In this document: positions 48,586 through 62,344 of the stretch, piece by piece
How the letters are laid out: every line of letters begins with the position of its first letter
Position numbering within the stretch: the first letter of the stretch is position 1
From: Lama glama
Lineage: Eukaryota
DNA length: 64,000 nucleotides
Direction of reading: 5' to 3'
NCBI GenBank assembly: GCA_028534125.1
Contig: CM052816.1
Location: 51,462,001-51,526,000 of the forward strand
Notes under the pieces: generated by a model
Databases searched by the model: none
Seen by the model: the letters and a program-made list of their open reading frames with translations, nothing else
Told to the model about the DNA's origin: nothing
Program-made: the position numbers and the translations under genes

Positions 48586-49147
48586 TGAAGTACAATCTGG
48601 GCTTTATTAATCATATTTTTAAACTTTGTGTATTTTATGATGCTTTGACATCTTGGCGTCTTGCTGGCTGGGGACAGATTGCCCCTCCCAGGGCTAGCTA
48701 ATTCCTAGAGATAGCACTTCCCTGTGAGGGTGCCTTTCATATACAAACCAGCCAATCCAGAGCCCTGACTCACTGCCTTTGTAGAGCTCTTACAGGCTCA
48801 GCTGCCATCTCTTGGCCCTAACAGCACCTCAGGGCCTGTGGCAGCCCGCTAGGGGCAGTCCCTGCACCCTAGAGCCTGCTGAAATGATTCAACGTAGCCA
48901 ATCCAGACTGTTTACCCCGCACTCCTTGCCGTTCCTGACAAAACCACAACAAAGACTTGCCCGTGTTTCCCCCTTGCTCCTTCTGCCTCCAGACTGGCCT
49001 GGAGCTTTCCCATGTGGCCCTGTGTGGTGTGGCCTGCCCCGCTCTTGGGAACTGGCAGTGGTAAACGCTTCTTTGAAAAGCAGTTGTCTCCATGTCTGTC
49101 GCTTTACTACACCTGATGGAAACAAGTCCTGGGTACATTTTACAACA
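48586..49147 (+). mobile_element. ERVL solo LTR, MER74-like, near full length
   Basis: gatgctttgacatcttgg...tgcccctcccagggctagctaattcctagagatagca...cctttcatatacaaaccagccaatccagagccc...gtcctgggtacattttacaaCA; the 5' boundary is approximate. Confidence 0.8.
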
Positions 49148-51789
49148 TGGGCCCAGCTCTCTTCTGGAGTCCCCTTAGCTGCCTCTGGCCGAGTAATTCA
49201 AGCTCATAATCAAGATGGGTAGGAAGGTCTTGGGCGCCTTTGGTCTCCCCTCTGTTGCTGTGAGAAGCCACATTCTCCACCTTTTCTCTCCGGTCCCTTT
49301 GTTGTGGATATTGAGAAGTCCATGGAGGGCATCTGTTTTGAGAAGTAACAGGCTTGGCTGGATGAAGACAGTTATCTGCCCCCTTCTTTGGGATTGGCTT
49401 TAGCTCTTCTTGGAGGATGAGGGCATGTGGTGGGAGAAGGGAGGAGCAGTGGTAGTTGTAAGTCCTGGAGAAGGGGAGCTGGGTGACCTCGGAGGGAGAT
49501 CCACCAGCTGCTTCTCACTGCGGCAGGAGGCACAGAGCCAGATCCCCTGCCCTGCTGCTGCCTCTGCCCTAAAACAGCCAGTGGATTTCTGTAACAGGAG
49601 GTTATTATCATACTGTGTTTCGAAACCTGTGGTGACCTCATCGGGATAAACAAGGATGTTTCAATGGAAACACTGTAGGAATAAACATAATAAAAGTTTA
49701 CTGAGGAAAAGATGATATATAATTCTGGCAAAAAATGTATTCATGTTATTATAAAAAATGTAATTGAAGAAAAATCACAAATTTTGTGTTCACTAAATAT
49801 GGATTGTATTTTAAGTGAGAGATTTATGTAAGAGGTTTATAGCAAGGTCTAAATTAGAAATGGGCTTAGAAGTTTACATTAGCGTTTCTGTGGCCCAGAG
49901 TGCTTTTATGTGTTAAGGAAGCTACAGACTTGCTGTGGCATCACTTGTGGCTCCATATTAGGGAAGACCTTAGTTATTGCATTTCTTACATAGATTCCCC
50001 TAAGGATTTAGTCTCATTGAATACTGACAAGTTGACACATTCTCTTTTCATGTGTGGCACTCCTGGGAATATATGAAATGCAAAATTTATATTCATATCA
50101 TATTTAACTGGGGCATCAGCTCAGAGCTTGCCCAATGAAGCAGTGCGACCCTCAGCCTCCACCAACCTCGGAATTTCTTAAATCTCAGTTGCTTTCCTTT
50201 GAATGTGGAGAATTTTGTCACTTAGGTTTCCCACCACAGCCTGAGCTCTGCTAGTAGTAGGAGGCTGATTGGTAGTTGCTGGATGACCTGCTGTGAGGCA
50301 GCCTACTTTGCCTGCTTTCAAAGCTAATCGATATGTGTTGTCCTTTTTTTTTAAAATCAGTTTTATTTTTTCTTATATATTTTTCTTTCCTTATGGGTTT
50401 TTCTTTGCTAGGCTGCCACTTTAGATCTACTCACTTCAGTTAGCCCTCTGAACTCTCTGTCTGTTGTACATGATATATGTTATTGCCGCAATGAAAAACC
50501 TGGGTAGTTTCTTCTTCCATCTGCCCCTTCCTATGTAAATTTGTAAAAAATATTTCCCTGTTGATAATGTGTCACTGTGAGCTTTCCATGTCTCCTTTCC
50601 CATCCCTTTTCAGAAGTATAATTTCTTAGTTATTTGCTTAATGTCTAGGTAGGTGTAAAAGTCTATAATCAAAAAGAAAAACTTACAAATGATGAAAAAG
50701 CATACTTAGGGTAATACAAAAGAGTTCTCGGGGGCTTGCATGATTATAACTCAATCTGGAGTTCTCTAACTCCGCTACAACTCAGAAGAGGTACCAACAT
50801 GCTTCAGCCATGTATTGATGACCTGTTTTATGTAGGGAGACCACAACAACGTGTGCTCCAGTAATTGGTTCTGGTCCCTTTTAGGTAGGCTTTGTGAAAT
50901 GTTTGGATGTGGGTTTTTTATCTTATGGTTGAAGAGACAATATACTGGAAAACTCTTTTATTTTAAGGAATACCTAGAATAAGAGAAATGAAAAGATAAG
51001 TAGAGTCATGAAGTTTATTTGGTTGGAAACAAAAGAATTGAAGCAGTAAAACAGCATAAATAAGCAGGTGGAAAATCTTGAAATGTATACAGTAAGTTCA
51101 GTTTTGAGGGGAAGGTGGATTTTCAGATATTATGTTTGTTTCAAATGGGTGGTAAAGAAGAAATGGCAATGTTATCCCATAGTTTAAATGTCATATATTT
51201 GATGCCAGAGATCTGTGAATTGCTAAGAGGCAAGTTGGTGGATCTGGGATTTGATCTCACTGCACTCATAAGTGGTTGGTTACTGTTTCATGAATGCTGG
51301 TAGAAGACCCGAGACTCCTGGCCCCCAAGTCTCATGGAGGTGATATAATGTGGTTCAGCTGGATGCTGTATGTATAGTGGGTTGCTGCTGAGGAATACCA
51401 AGGATGGGGACTCCACTGCTTTTATAGTAACCAAGACTGCCCCTTGTCCTGGAGGGTGATGTTACCTCATCCCTGAGAAACGCCGTGGTGAAGAGTGGTC
51501 GAGATCCTGCGTTTCTGGCATATCCAGCAAGATGTAAAAGACTGTGAGAGTCATAGAGGAGTGTCTCCAACTGGCTTTAGTAAGACTACACAAGTACATC
51601 CCGTGTTTTTTTTTTTCATTTTTAGAACTGTGAATGTAGTATTTAAAGAACAGTTAACCAAAGGAGATCTTTTAAATGGAAAATTCTAGTGAAGTTCAAG
51701 CCATGTATTTCTTGAATTGTGCAAAAATTAGGAAATTGATACCAAACTTTATATTACAAATGAAGTCATTATGTTAGGCGGTCATGCTG

Positions 51790-53580
51790 CAAATAGTTTT
51801 GAGGGGGCTTACTATTCAATAGACTCTGGGAATACAAAGATTGAGCAACGTGTAGGACTCCTGTGCCCTGAGGATAAAATAGAGGGGCAGACAGGTAAAT
51901 CATGTTGTGGTGTAATAAACGCTGTGACGCCCAGGTTGCTGGGGAGACACAGAAGAAAGGCGCCCAATGCAGCCTGGGGTGAGATGGTCAGGAAGTCTTC
52001 TGGAAGGAGCATACTTTTAAGTTGAGTCTTAAAGATAAAAAGTTAGCAAAATGGATAAGAGAGGATGGGCACACTGGCAGAGGGACCAGAAAGGGCAAAA
52101 GCACAAGTTAAGGGAGTTTACTGCATTCCACGACCTGCCGGCAGTGTAGCTATATTGCAGCAGTGGTCCTTCTCATGTGGGGAGAAGGTCATTGAAGAAT
52201 TCCAAGCTCAGGAACTATAGGACCAAATTTTTTTAGTTAAAAAAAAAAATCATCTTGGCACATATGTTAGAAGACAGGTGAGATTAATGCTGGAGGTGTG
52301 GAGACTCCTTTTTAAGCTAGTGTGGTCATTTAGGTAAGATTTGGTAAGGGTCTGAACTAAAGACTTTTGACAAAATAGGTGGAGAAGAAGGGAGCAACTC
52401 AAGAAAGACTTGAGGAACAGAATTGACAGTGTCATTAATAGGAAGATGGCCTGAGGGAAAGGTTGTCAGGGAGATAATGTTTGACAGACTATAGGCCTGA
52501 ATATGTTGAGCTGATGTACCTGTAGGGCATCTAGGTGGAGATCTATATGGATTTGGAATTTAGGAGGGCTTTGAACACTGGGATGTGGATTTGGGTGTCA
52601 TTTATTCAAGCAATGAGTATCTACTGTATGTAAAGCACAATGCTAGGTGCTGAGGAAGCAGCGTTGAACAGGAGTTGTTCTCATGCAGTTTGCACTTTCA
52701 TAGGACATAGACATTAAACAGGAAAATTGCAAATTCTTCCCTCCCCCCACCCCTAGAGGTTAAAGTGCTGCCTGTCTTAGATTTCAGAGCTCTAGTGTTG
52801 CCCCGCTGCATGGGGTGTTCATTGTTTACGTAGAATGAAATGAGCAACTGAGGGTCTTGTTCAGGATGAACAGGAGTTAGCCAGGGAAAGAGTCGTGGGC
52901 AAGGGGACAGAATGGTTTCAGCCAAAGGAAACAGCATGTGCCAAGGCCTCCAGGCAAGAGAGATCTTGGTAAGTTCAAAGAACAGAAAGACTAGTGTGGT
53001 TGAACCATAGGGAACCAGGGGGAGAGTGGTGTGAAATGAAGCTGGAGAAGTTGGCAGGGGCCAGATTATTCAAGACTTTGTAGGTGGGAAAGCATTTGGG
53101 AATTTATTCTAAAACCACAGTAAGCTATTGAAAGGTTTTAAGGAGGGTGCTGTGAGATTGTGTTTTGAAAAGATTTTGATTATTAATGTGGAGAATGCTT
53201 TGGAAGGAGGCAGAAATGGAATCTGGGAGGTCAGTTAGGACTCTAGGCTGGTAATAATGACGGTTCGGACTAGGTAGTAATAGTGGAGATGGATGGAAGT
53301 TGGTAGACTCAAGTTATTTAAAAGGTAGAGTTAATGAAACTCTGTGATTGTCATTTATCATGGTGCAATGTCATGTATTGTTATGGAATCATCCAGAGTA
53401 AAGACAGAACATGGAGGGTGAATTCCTGCAGAATACCAGCATTTAAAGGGTAGGCTGAGGAGAGGATTTCCATAAAGGAGAGATGGAAATGGCTAGAGAG
53501 AGGAAAGGAATCACAAAAGATACCACAAGTTATAAAGGATGGGCCTTTGAGAAAGGAGAACCTTGTTAACGCTTTATATG
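51790..53580 (-). mobile_element. Cluster of L2 LINE fragments
   Basis: For example aacagcatgtgccaaggcctccaggcaagagag...gaagctggagaagttggcaggggccagattattcaagactttgtagg, and ggtcaggaagtcttctggaagg...ttaagttgagtcttaaagat. Confidence 0.8.
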
Positions 53581-54019
53581 CTGAAGAGTAACTAGCAAAA
53601 TGGTTGATGCTGGAGGAAAGGTGGAGCAGTATGGTGTTTTGAAAGAATATTTAAGGACATCAAAATGTTAATTGAAAAAATAATGTAAATTTGCATATTC
53701 AGCATGAACCCCCCCATTTAAAAAAATGAGCATTAACGTGTTTATGTAGCAAAAACATTCAAAGGCAATACAGCAATATATTAATAGTTTCATCTGGATG
53801 GCAAACTTATTTTATTCTTAGTCTCTGTGCAGTTTTCAAATTGTATGAACATTTATTAATATTATGATTTGGAAAATTATTTTACATCATCCCCATCGAC
53901 TTAGGGATTCCTTTTGCTTCTTTCTCATGTTGGATCCCCTGTCACTTGGTTTCCTCTTTGTTGGGTCCTCCTGTGGTGGACTACATTCTCCAGCAGTATC
54001 CTGAATATTCGGGGGCTTC

Positions 54020-55220
54020 TTTTGACCTAGAAAATCAGGCCCTGTTCTGGGGTAATATCACTGAGTTAGTTCTTTGATTTCCTTCCCTCAGTTCTCTCAT
54101 TCCCTCTCTCTTTAGAATTCCTATTTTCTTCAGATGTTGTAGCAACTTGGACTGGTCTCCAATTATTCTCTCTCTTCTCTTCAGTTGTTTTCTACATTCT
54201 TTCTTTTTGGTTTTCTTTTACTGGGAGATTTCCTCAGTTTTATCTTCCAGCTGTCTGTAGATTAAAGAAATTTTCCTGTTACTGGAACTCACTTTATGTT
54301 TAATACCATCTTGTTCTAGTTCCATGGATGCTTATATTCTTTTATCTCTTCGAAGTTTATTAATGATTGTTTTGGAAATTTTCTTCTCTTTACATATTAC
54401 CTGTTTCTTTCAAGTTACTATTTGTTTGCTTTGGTCTCTTGTTTCAGGCTCTCCTTAAATGTGTGGTGGTCCTTGGCTAATCAGTTCACTTAAGCATTCT
54501 AAAAAGAGTTCTAAAAAGGTGGCCAATAGCGCTGTGTCTCTGAATGAGGCTTGTAGATTTACAAATTTTAGTCTCATAATCTGGCTTTCAGGGTAATTTG
54601 GCTGAGCTGTTCAATTGGGGAATTTCTGATGTCCATATTTTTAGATGTTTTAGGCTGCTTAGATTCCCCAGAGAAGACTCTTCGTTACCTGTCTGAAGCG
54701 TATAAGCCTGTCTTCAGTGTTTTGGAAGCCAAACTGGGGAAGGAGCACATAAACTTTCCCTTTATTCCTCTCTTTTTTAGTGGGGTATGTTTCTTCTAAA
54801 CTTGTCTTACGTCATTCAGTAATAATAAAACCATTTGAAAAATCTCCTCCAGAAAATAAACCTCTACTGTTCTGCAGGGATGGAGGAGGAGCATTAATCT
54901 AACTGGAGTTACGAGGTGGAGTGGGGAGTTGGGAATCTAACAGCTTTTCAAGCAGATTTTTAACCAATCTTCCTGTTCATAATCCTTCTTTGTCGTTTGG
55001 AGATCCTATCATGTAAATTGAGTTGTTTTTACTTTCCATTTTTTGCCTGCTTAGTATTCAGATTTCTTGGGTCTGAAAAGACATTTGCTATAATTTTGTT
55101 ATTGTTGTCTCATTTCCTGGACTGCTTGTGAATTTAAGCTGTTGAAAAAAAAAAAACCCTTTACTGCCATTTTGCTGGGAGAGTGTGCTTGTAAATATAA
55201 GTTAAGTTCACCATCTTTAA
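54020..55220 (-). mobile_element. HAL1/old L1ME-like fragment
   Basis: ttctttgatttccttccctcagttctctc...tagaattcctattttcttcagatgttg...tactgggagatttcctcagttttatcttcca...ttccatggatgc. Confidence 0.55.
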
Positions 55221-55534
55221 AAGTAAATCTGAAATCTTAATTTTTTTGAAGATATAATCTTTTTCCTTTTCTGTTGTATAATAGATGGCTTAGGCATATT
55301 CCTAGTTGATAGCGCCACCCCCACCCGAACCCAGCCCCTGCCCAACCCCTTTTAAAAGGGCCGGTGAATATCCCTCTTTTCACAAGTTCTATTCCAGCTG
55401 AAATCTCTTATGACTTACTCAGGCTGTAACTTTTGATATTAACTTTTGATATTTTCATGAAGGGCTTAGTGGTTAATGATAGCTACAGTAGGTAAAGTCC
55501 GAAGCTTCAGTATAGGTATTTAGGCTGTAATGAT

Positions 55535-55815
55535 AGCAACAGTGATAATAAAAATAGCTTAAATAGCTTACAGTTGCTTACAAAGTGCCAAGCACTGACT
55601 TGAGTTCTCCACTTAACACATTTAAGCCTCACACCAACTTTTTGGAAAAAGTACTGTTATTATCTCCTATTTAGCAATAAAGAAATTGAGGCCTAGAAAG
55701 ATTATGTAACTTTGCCATAGTCATCAGAGCAAACTAGGAAGTGGAGAGTAAGAATATGAATCTGGGTAGTCTGGCTCCAGAACCCTCGCTCTTAATCTTA
55801 ACCATCGTGTGGCAC
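55535..55815 (-). mobile_element. MIR SINE
   Basis: gtgccaagcactg...catttaagcctcacaccaac...aagaaattgaggcctagaaagattatgtaactttgcc...gtagtctggctccagaaccctcgctcttaa. Confidence 0.8.
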
Positions 55816-58800
55816 TACCTCTGTGTGCTGTGAGGAGTCTCTCTGTTGTTTGAGAGAAAGATTTGAATTCTCTGATCAGGCAGAATAATCGGTTTACTCG
55901 GTCACTGGAAATCATATATCTGTTTAGGCATTATTTATCACAAATAGTCTACAACCATAAAAATATTTTCCTTTTTATGATTTATCTTATTTGTTACATA
56001 GATTTTTTTGGGTCATGTCCTAAAAGGCTTTACTGTTTCCTTTTGTTTAAAAATGGATGTATTTCTTATGATCCTCTTTTGCTGAACTTTCATTGATTCA
56101 TACTTTCCAAAGACAGCCTTCTGCCTCATTAAACTGTTATTCAAGTGTATGGTAAATTTCTGGTAAAGTGGTGAGCTATAGGAAAAGTCTCCTCTTCAGA
56201 TTTCAAATTTTAATTATCTTAAAGAGTAACTATCCATATTTAAAAATATGTGGACTAGATATTTTATTGAGAATTTATTGAGCAGAATCAGTTAGCTGAG
56301 TTCAGCTGTTTAAAAAGAGTTTTTGTTTCCTTTGTTTTCCTAGAAGTCGGAAGAAAAATGTAATGACAAGCACCCAATTATTTAATTCCCTTCCTGCATC
56401 AAGATGTGAATAAACAACTCTATGGAATTAAACCTGTTCTGTTTTAGGCTTTTGCATTCTCTTGACTGTTTCAGTTTATGCCTGAAAGAAAGAAGAATGA
56501 AATTTTTATTTTTGTTGTTATTAAATGAATTTTAAGAGCCTTAAGTACAGTCATATTCAGATGTACATTCAAAAATATATTTCCTTGCCTTCGTTTTTTA
56601 GGATTTATTTATTGCTATATTTTAAAGATACTAAGAAATCATATCTATTTATATATACAAATCCTAGAATCGAGTTCAACATTTTTTTTTACTTGAATTA
56701 GCAGATCTTTATTCTTATTCCCATGACTGTAATGTTCTTTCTTCCCTGTAAATTTTGTCTCTTATCCTGTATTAAAACATAACTCTCATTTCTTTTTAGA
56801 ATTCATCTATCACTTATTCCAGCTCACTCTTGTGAGAGTAATGCTTGGGATTTCCTTAGCACTTATGTATTCATACTGTATTTGAGGCAATATTTTGTTT
56901 CTATGGAAATGTGCTTTTTAGCTTCCTGTTGGTACTATTAAGAATGAGAGGTTGTTTTCTAATTCATGTCTTCTAGTTCTGTTTCCATCCATTAGCCCTT
57001 CCTGTTACACTTTGGCTTCTAGAAGATGATCAATAAATGTCAATGCCGAATTCCATAGAAAAATTTGACTAAATTTCATAATTATGTAGGTCTTTATCAA
57101 GTCATTTAGAAGTTCATCATCTTCTGCCTGGTCCACATTGAGAGTGACATTAGCCTTGATCACACAGTTTCTTGTTTGAGATTCACTTAGAAGGGAAAAG
57201 TGCTGTAAGATACAAAGGCATATTGAAATCAGAGTAAAACATCATCTAGCACTGCCTTTGTGAAGAAGCCACATTTTTTTCCTCCCAAGGTATCTACTAG
57301 ACATTCTTCATTCATCCATTTTCATTATTTAATTTACCTTTTATCACATTATATAGTTGGACCATAGTTAGCATTGTATTATATAACCTTCCTAATTCAT
57401 GGTTGTTAGGATCAACGGGAGGCTTTTTGGTTTGTTTATTTTTTTAACAACAGAGTGTTCTCAGTCAGAATTTTTGTAATAGAGACCATTCTCTTGAAAT
57501 TTCTTCTCTTCTAATTTAATGGTCAGTTTGTTGAATTTGAGGACACTGTAAGAACTGCCTGTTTAGTTGAAATCTTGAATTGATAGTGTAAAGTTAAAAG
57601 CACAGACAAAAAGCATTGGTGAGACTTCCTGTCTGCTTATTTTCCTTCTAATGAATTTTTAACTATTTGAATTAAAATACTGAATTGAGGGAAAACTGCA
57701 TCTCTGACAGACAGGAGTCCTAACATACACAGAATAATTCTTTAAGTGTTGCATATCTGGCTATGATGATTTTTTAATATTTCTTTTCATTTTATTATTT
57801 TTATAACTTTCTAAAAGAAAGGTTATATAAAGAAACTAATAAGAAAATGGATATGTTTTTAAATTTACAGAAAGGGAAAAATTGTATGTTAAATTATTAG
57901 AAATCATAGATCATTTAGAAGTCTCTATTTTTTCCTTCCTACACTTTATGATTTAATTCCTTAAATTCTTGGAGATCAAATTAGACACAAACATGTCAAA
58001 TTTCTAGAGTTTCTCTTTTTCCTTTTTTGTCACGCTTTCATATGTCTGTATTTTGTATATCATGAGCTAAATTAAGATTTGTTGATATGAATTGTGACTA
58101 AGATATTATTAAGGAATTAACAGGAACTGTGCTCATTGTGGTGGAGAACATGAAGGAAACTATTTGGGAGGTATTTGGTTAACTTTATTATAGAAGAGAA
58201 AACAGGAAACTGGAAAGGGGGTAAAACATAAAAAAGAAAGGTGAAAGAGATCAGGAGAAAAAATGCGAAGAGAATTATTTGCATAGCTATAGTTGATTAT
58301 GTATTTGCTTCTGTTTCAATTTAATTTACTTGTTCTTTGCTCATTGAATTTTAAACTTCAAGAAAATGGGGGCCATTGCTTCTGCTGCCTTTGCAACTCC
58401 CAGATCTTAGTGTCAACTCAATTATCCATTGAGAGATTATCTGCTTTGTGTTTTAGCCTTTGCAAATATAGCTTTCAAGTTCTTATTGACATAAGTAAAC
58501 AAAGAGGGTGATAAAGACTTTTGAGTCATTTCACTATTTCATGCTTACCTTTACACTCTTGTGTCGCTTGGCTCTTAGATCAGACTGTTCATAGTCAACC
58601 TTTAACTTTGATTCAAAGTGGATCAACTGTCTCACTTTTTTTCCCTTAAAAAAAAAAGCAATTTACAATAAAAGTGTTTTTCTGGTGGATTTAATTGTCT
58701 TCAAATTGACTTTTAGCCCCTGCCTCTCCTAGCTAGCCTCCACTTGGGGGTAAAGATCAACCCAGTACACTGTCCTGTATTTAGCTATAGGGCCATGCCT

Positions 58801-59269
58801 GGATCACTGATACTCAGCTGACTCCTAAGGACTTAGAATATCTTTAGCCATCAAAGACAACTTTAATTGGGACATACAGCCCACACATACAAAGTTGAGA
58901 AGAAAGAGTGTATTTTAGTAGGACTTCCAGTAAGGATTGAAACATTAATTTTCTGGTGTTCTCTTATGAATATAAATATCCAGCTACTTAGCTTTAACTA
59001 TATAACGATAAAATACCAATGCAGCAGATTAAAAAAAAAAACAGTTTTTGTTTAAGCCTTCTTTTAAAAAAATCTGAGGGATGAAGTTCTCTATCTGTAA
59101 CAGGAAGCAATGATCAGCGAAGAGTTAAGGAAAAACATTGAAAAACTTTTCAGTTCAGTTCATTAAAGTGCTACTGTATATGTTATGTAAAGCATTGTCA
59201 ATTCCAGAAAATTAAACATGATTCTATTCAAATGTAGGTACAAATAACTATATCTGCTCTATTGTACTA

Positions 59270-59440
59270 TGTGCGTAACTCTGTCATAGCTTACATGAAT
59301 CTTTGTTTAATCACTTCCTGTTTCCTTTGCTGTAGCAGACGTTCCTTGAAGTCAGGGCCGATGTCTCTGAGCTCTGTATCTTTAAGATTTAATCCAGTTC
59401 CCGGAATACAGCAAACACTGAATGAGTGGTAGATGAATTA
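59270..59440 (+). mobile_element. L2 LINE 3' end
   Basis: gttccttgaagtcaggg...ctctgtatct...cagttcccggaatacagcaaacactgaat...gatgaatta. Confidence 0.55.
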
Positions 59441-59714
59441 ATCATTATATGGACTATGAATGTTTCTGGGTGTGTTTTGTTTGTTTGTGTTTTAGGGGGG
59501 ATTGCAGTTTTAAAAAATTAATAGGGAAATGTTGGCCATGATGTGCTTTACCCTGCACTGCATTTTTGATACAGTTTTTGATTAATTTCTGAAGTCATTA
59601 GTCTCATTTCCAAGGGGAAAATGTAGGGATCACCTTTTCTGTACCTCTGCTGTTTTTCCAGATGTATTGACTAAATTGTAATTGTTGGATGGTAACATTT
59701 TTTATTTATTTAAT

Positions 59715-59875
59715 ACTTTGTACTTTTCCAAAAACTTCCATGTGTTACAAAGCCTTATCTTCACAACATCCTGAAAGAGGTATAGGTAAGGAAACTGAGG
59801 CAGAGATTTATGCCTGAAGTTGTAAATCTAAAACCTAGAATCTAGGGCTTTTGAATTTGTGGTTCAGCACTACTT
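59715..59875 (-). mobile_element. MIR SINE
   Basis: atcttcacaacatcctgaaagaggt...aggaaactgaggcagaga. Confidence 0.65.
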
Positions 59876-59921
59876 TGCATTTACCTTACAGACACCTTTA
59901 AAATTACTTCTTGTTGCATAC

Positions 59922-60312
59922 TGTATTCATGATAGGGCTGCTGAAACAGTGTGACAGAGTGAGTGGCTGAAGCAACAGGAATTTCTTGTCTGGTGGCCTG
60001 AAGTCCAAAAATCGTATTTTTGGCAGGATTGGTTTCTTCTGAGGGCTGTGGGGGAGGACTGTCCAGGCCTCTTTCCGTCTTCTCCCTGTGGTTCTTCATA
60101 TCATTTTCCCCCTAAGCATGTCTCTTTCCAGATTTCTTTTCTTAACGAAGATACCAGTTATATTGGATCAGGGATCCACTCTACTTCAGTATGATCTCAT
60201 CTTAACAAATTACATCTACAGCAACCATGTTTCCAAGTAAGGTCACTTTGAGGTATTAGGGGCTAGGATTCTAATATATCTTTTTTGGGTGTGGACTATT
60301 TAACAAGTTACA
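59922..60312 (-). mobile_element. MaLR LTR, MLT1B/C-like
   Basis: tagggctgc...gtggctgaagcaacaggaattt...ggcaggattggtttcttctgagggctgt...gataccagttatattggatcaggg...cagtatgatctcatcttaac...tttccaagtaaggtcac. Confidence 0.82.
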
Positions 60313-61189
60313 CTTAAAAGTTTTAGCAAAAGAAGCCTGACTAGAGATGAGGACTTTTTTTTTTTTTTTCCCCAGTAGCTTAATAGAAATTGCTCATTTG
60401 ATCCTCACTGCTCTGTTAACTCTCAGATGAAGTTAAGTTAATGCCAGTGGAAGGCATTTCTGACAGAACCATCCCTGTTCTGGTTCTTAGGGCCGTAGTT
60501 ATCCAATGAGTAGTTGGTGGAAATAGCCATATTTATAATTTTATTTCCCTGGCATTTTTTTTAAGTTAGAATACACAAAGTTAACTGAGAACTGAGCACT
60601 TCTCTTGGGGCTAATCTCTTTAAGTAAATCTATCTGTCACTTCATGCTCCAGCTGTTCTCCTGTGCATCTAAATGGCCCCACTTCCCTGGAGGACTTAGG
60701 CAGATGATGGAAGAGTCTCTGAAGGAAAGTTTAGGTTAATCAGACTATCAAGTAGCTAGTTTTTTTCCTTAAGATTATTCTATAAATAAATGGTGAGAGG
60801 ACTTCTTGAACAGTAAGAGCCAGAGAGAGACAAGGAGCTCTTTACTATTATTTAGATAAAATTCTGATTAACTGGGACTCTGGTAACTGACCTGTTTAGT
60901 TTAATTGAATACCACTCCTCCTCTCACCTTGTATTACACTTAGGAAGAAGTAACACAAAATAAAGGCTATTCTGGGCCAATAGACATTTAACCAGATCAC
61001 TTATATGATTATATGTTTAATCATCGTCCTCCTCCTCCTCCTGAGGATTGGCCAATGATTAATACTGAAAAAAAAAACGGTAATTTTGAGGCAATGCAAA
61101 GTTCTTGGTTATACACACAAGTTGCCTTTTTGTACTTATTAAAACTGGCAGCTGAACAAGTGTATTTTAGCACAGTTTTATTTCTGTTA

Positions 61190-61345
61190 ACATGGGCTAA
61201 ACCAGAGAACACTAGATTAGATCCATACACTTGGGTTCTTGCCCTACTTTAGTTCTCAGCTGATTGAATAACCTTGGGCAAGTTATTTCACCTTTCTAGG
61301 CTTCCTTTTTTATCTGCAAAGTGAGAGATACAGATTCAGCTGTGA
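61190..61345 (+). mobile_element. MIR SINE
   Basis: cttgggttct...accttgggcaagttatttcacctttctaggcttcc...tatctgcaaagtgag. Confidence 0.7.
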
Positions 61346-62344
61346 TACTTTATTATTCTGTGGAATAATTTGTGTGCTTACTTTATCGAAGGGGTAGTAC
61401 AGGATTCAAAGAAGGGAAAGAAATGTTCCATGCCTTGGGAAGGTTGTAGTATATAGATAAATGGAAAACTATAATACATGAAAAGTTAAGTGGTGATATA
61501 AAGTAACAATAAAAGTTGTAATGTAATACATGCTATGAGTGATACGAACTGTAAGGACTGTGTGTTCTAAGATGAGTGAGATAAATAACTGTAGGCTAGA
61601 ATCATCTGAAAATAATTGCACAGAATTGGAGATTGAACTAATTCCAGAGAGCTGTGTTGACCTTGCATAGATGAAGGGAAAAAGACAGGGTTGTATCTCC
61701 AGCAAAGGGGGAGGGGCTAGAGCCATAAGTAATATTTGTTTAAAACAAGTAGGGTGGTTTCTGAAGTACAGTACACACTAATTATGGGTAAATTTGGTTC
61801 TGAACATGTCCTGTGTCGAAGATCTTACCACTTTTAAATTTTACTTGATACAAGCATTTATCGTCAAATAGTTGAAAGATTTTTCCTATAGTTTTGTAAC
61901 ATATAAGCCTGGAATAAAATGAGGGAGCTGAAAGAGGTCTTAACTTGAAATCTTTGCCTTGAGCTTCAGAAATTTTTAAAGTAATTGGTATTGCACAATG
62001 ATTAGTTGAATCTGATTAGGATACATTTAATTGTCTTAATGTGCTTGTAGGTTTTAAATCCTAAAGTATGTATTTAACACGTTAATCGCCCACTAAGAAT
62101 CGGGTGTGTTTCCTTTGGGGCCCAGATTCACATTTCACCGCAGTGTGACATACTAACAATATACGTGCTTATAATTAATCCATTTGTTTTCCCAGTAAAA
62201 TTGAAACTGTTTTTAAAAACAATTTCTTATCTTATTTTCAATTTTAAACCTCTTAACAGTTTTATTTCTTTTTAGAATGTCATTATTCTGCATGGAATAA
62301 ATTTGGGTAACTTGTAAAAACCTGCATAATTGGATGAAGGAAAG

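Noticed and set aside
61047..61056. Palindromic double CCAAT (ATTGGCCAAT) after a (CCT)n run
   Set aside because: A single 10-bp palindrome with no CpG enrichment or other promoter features; expected by chance in 64 kb.
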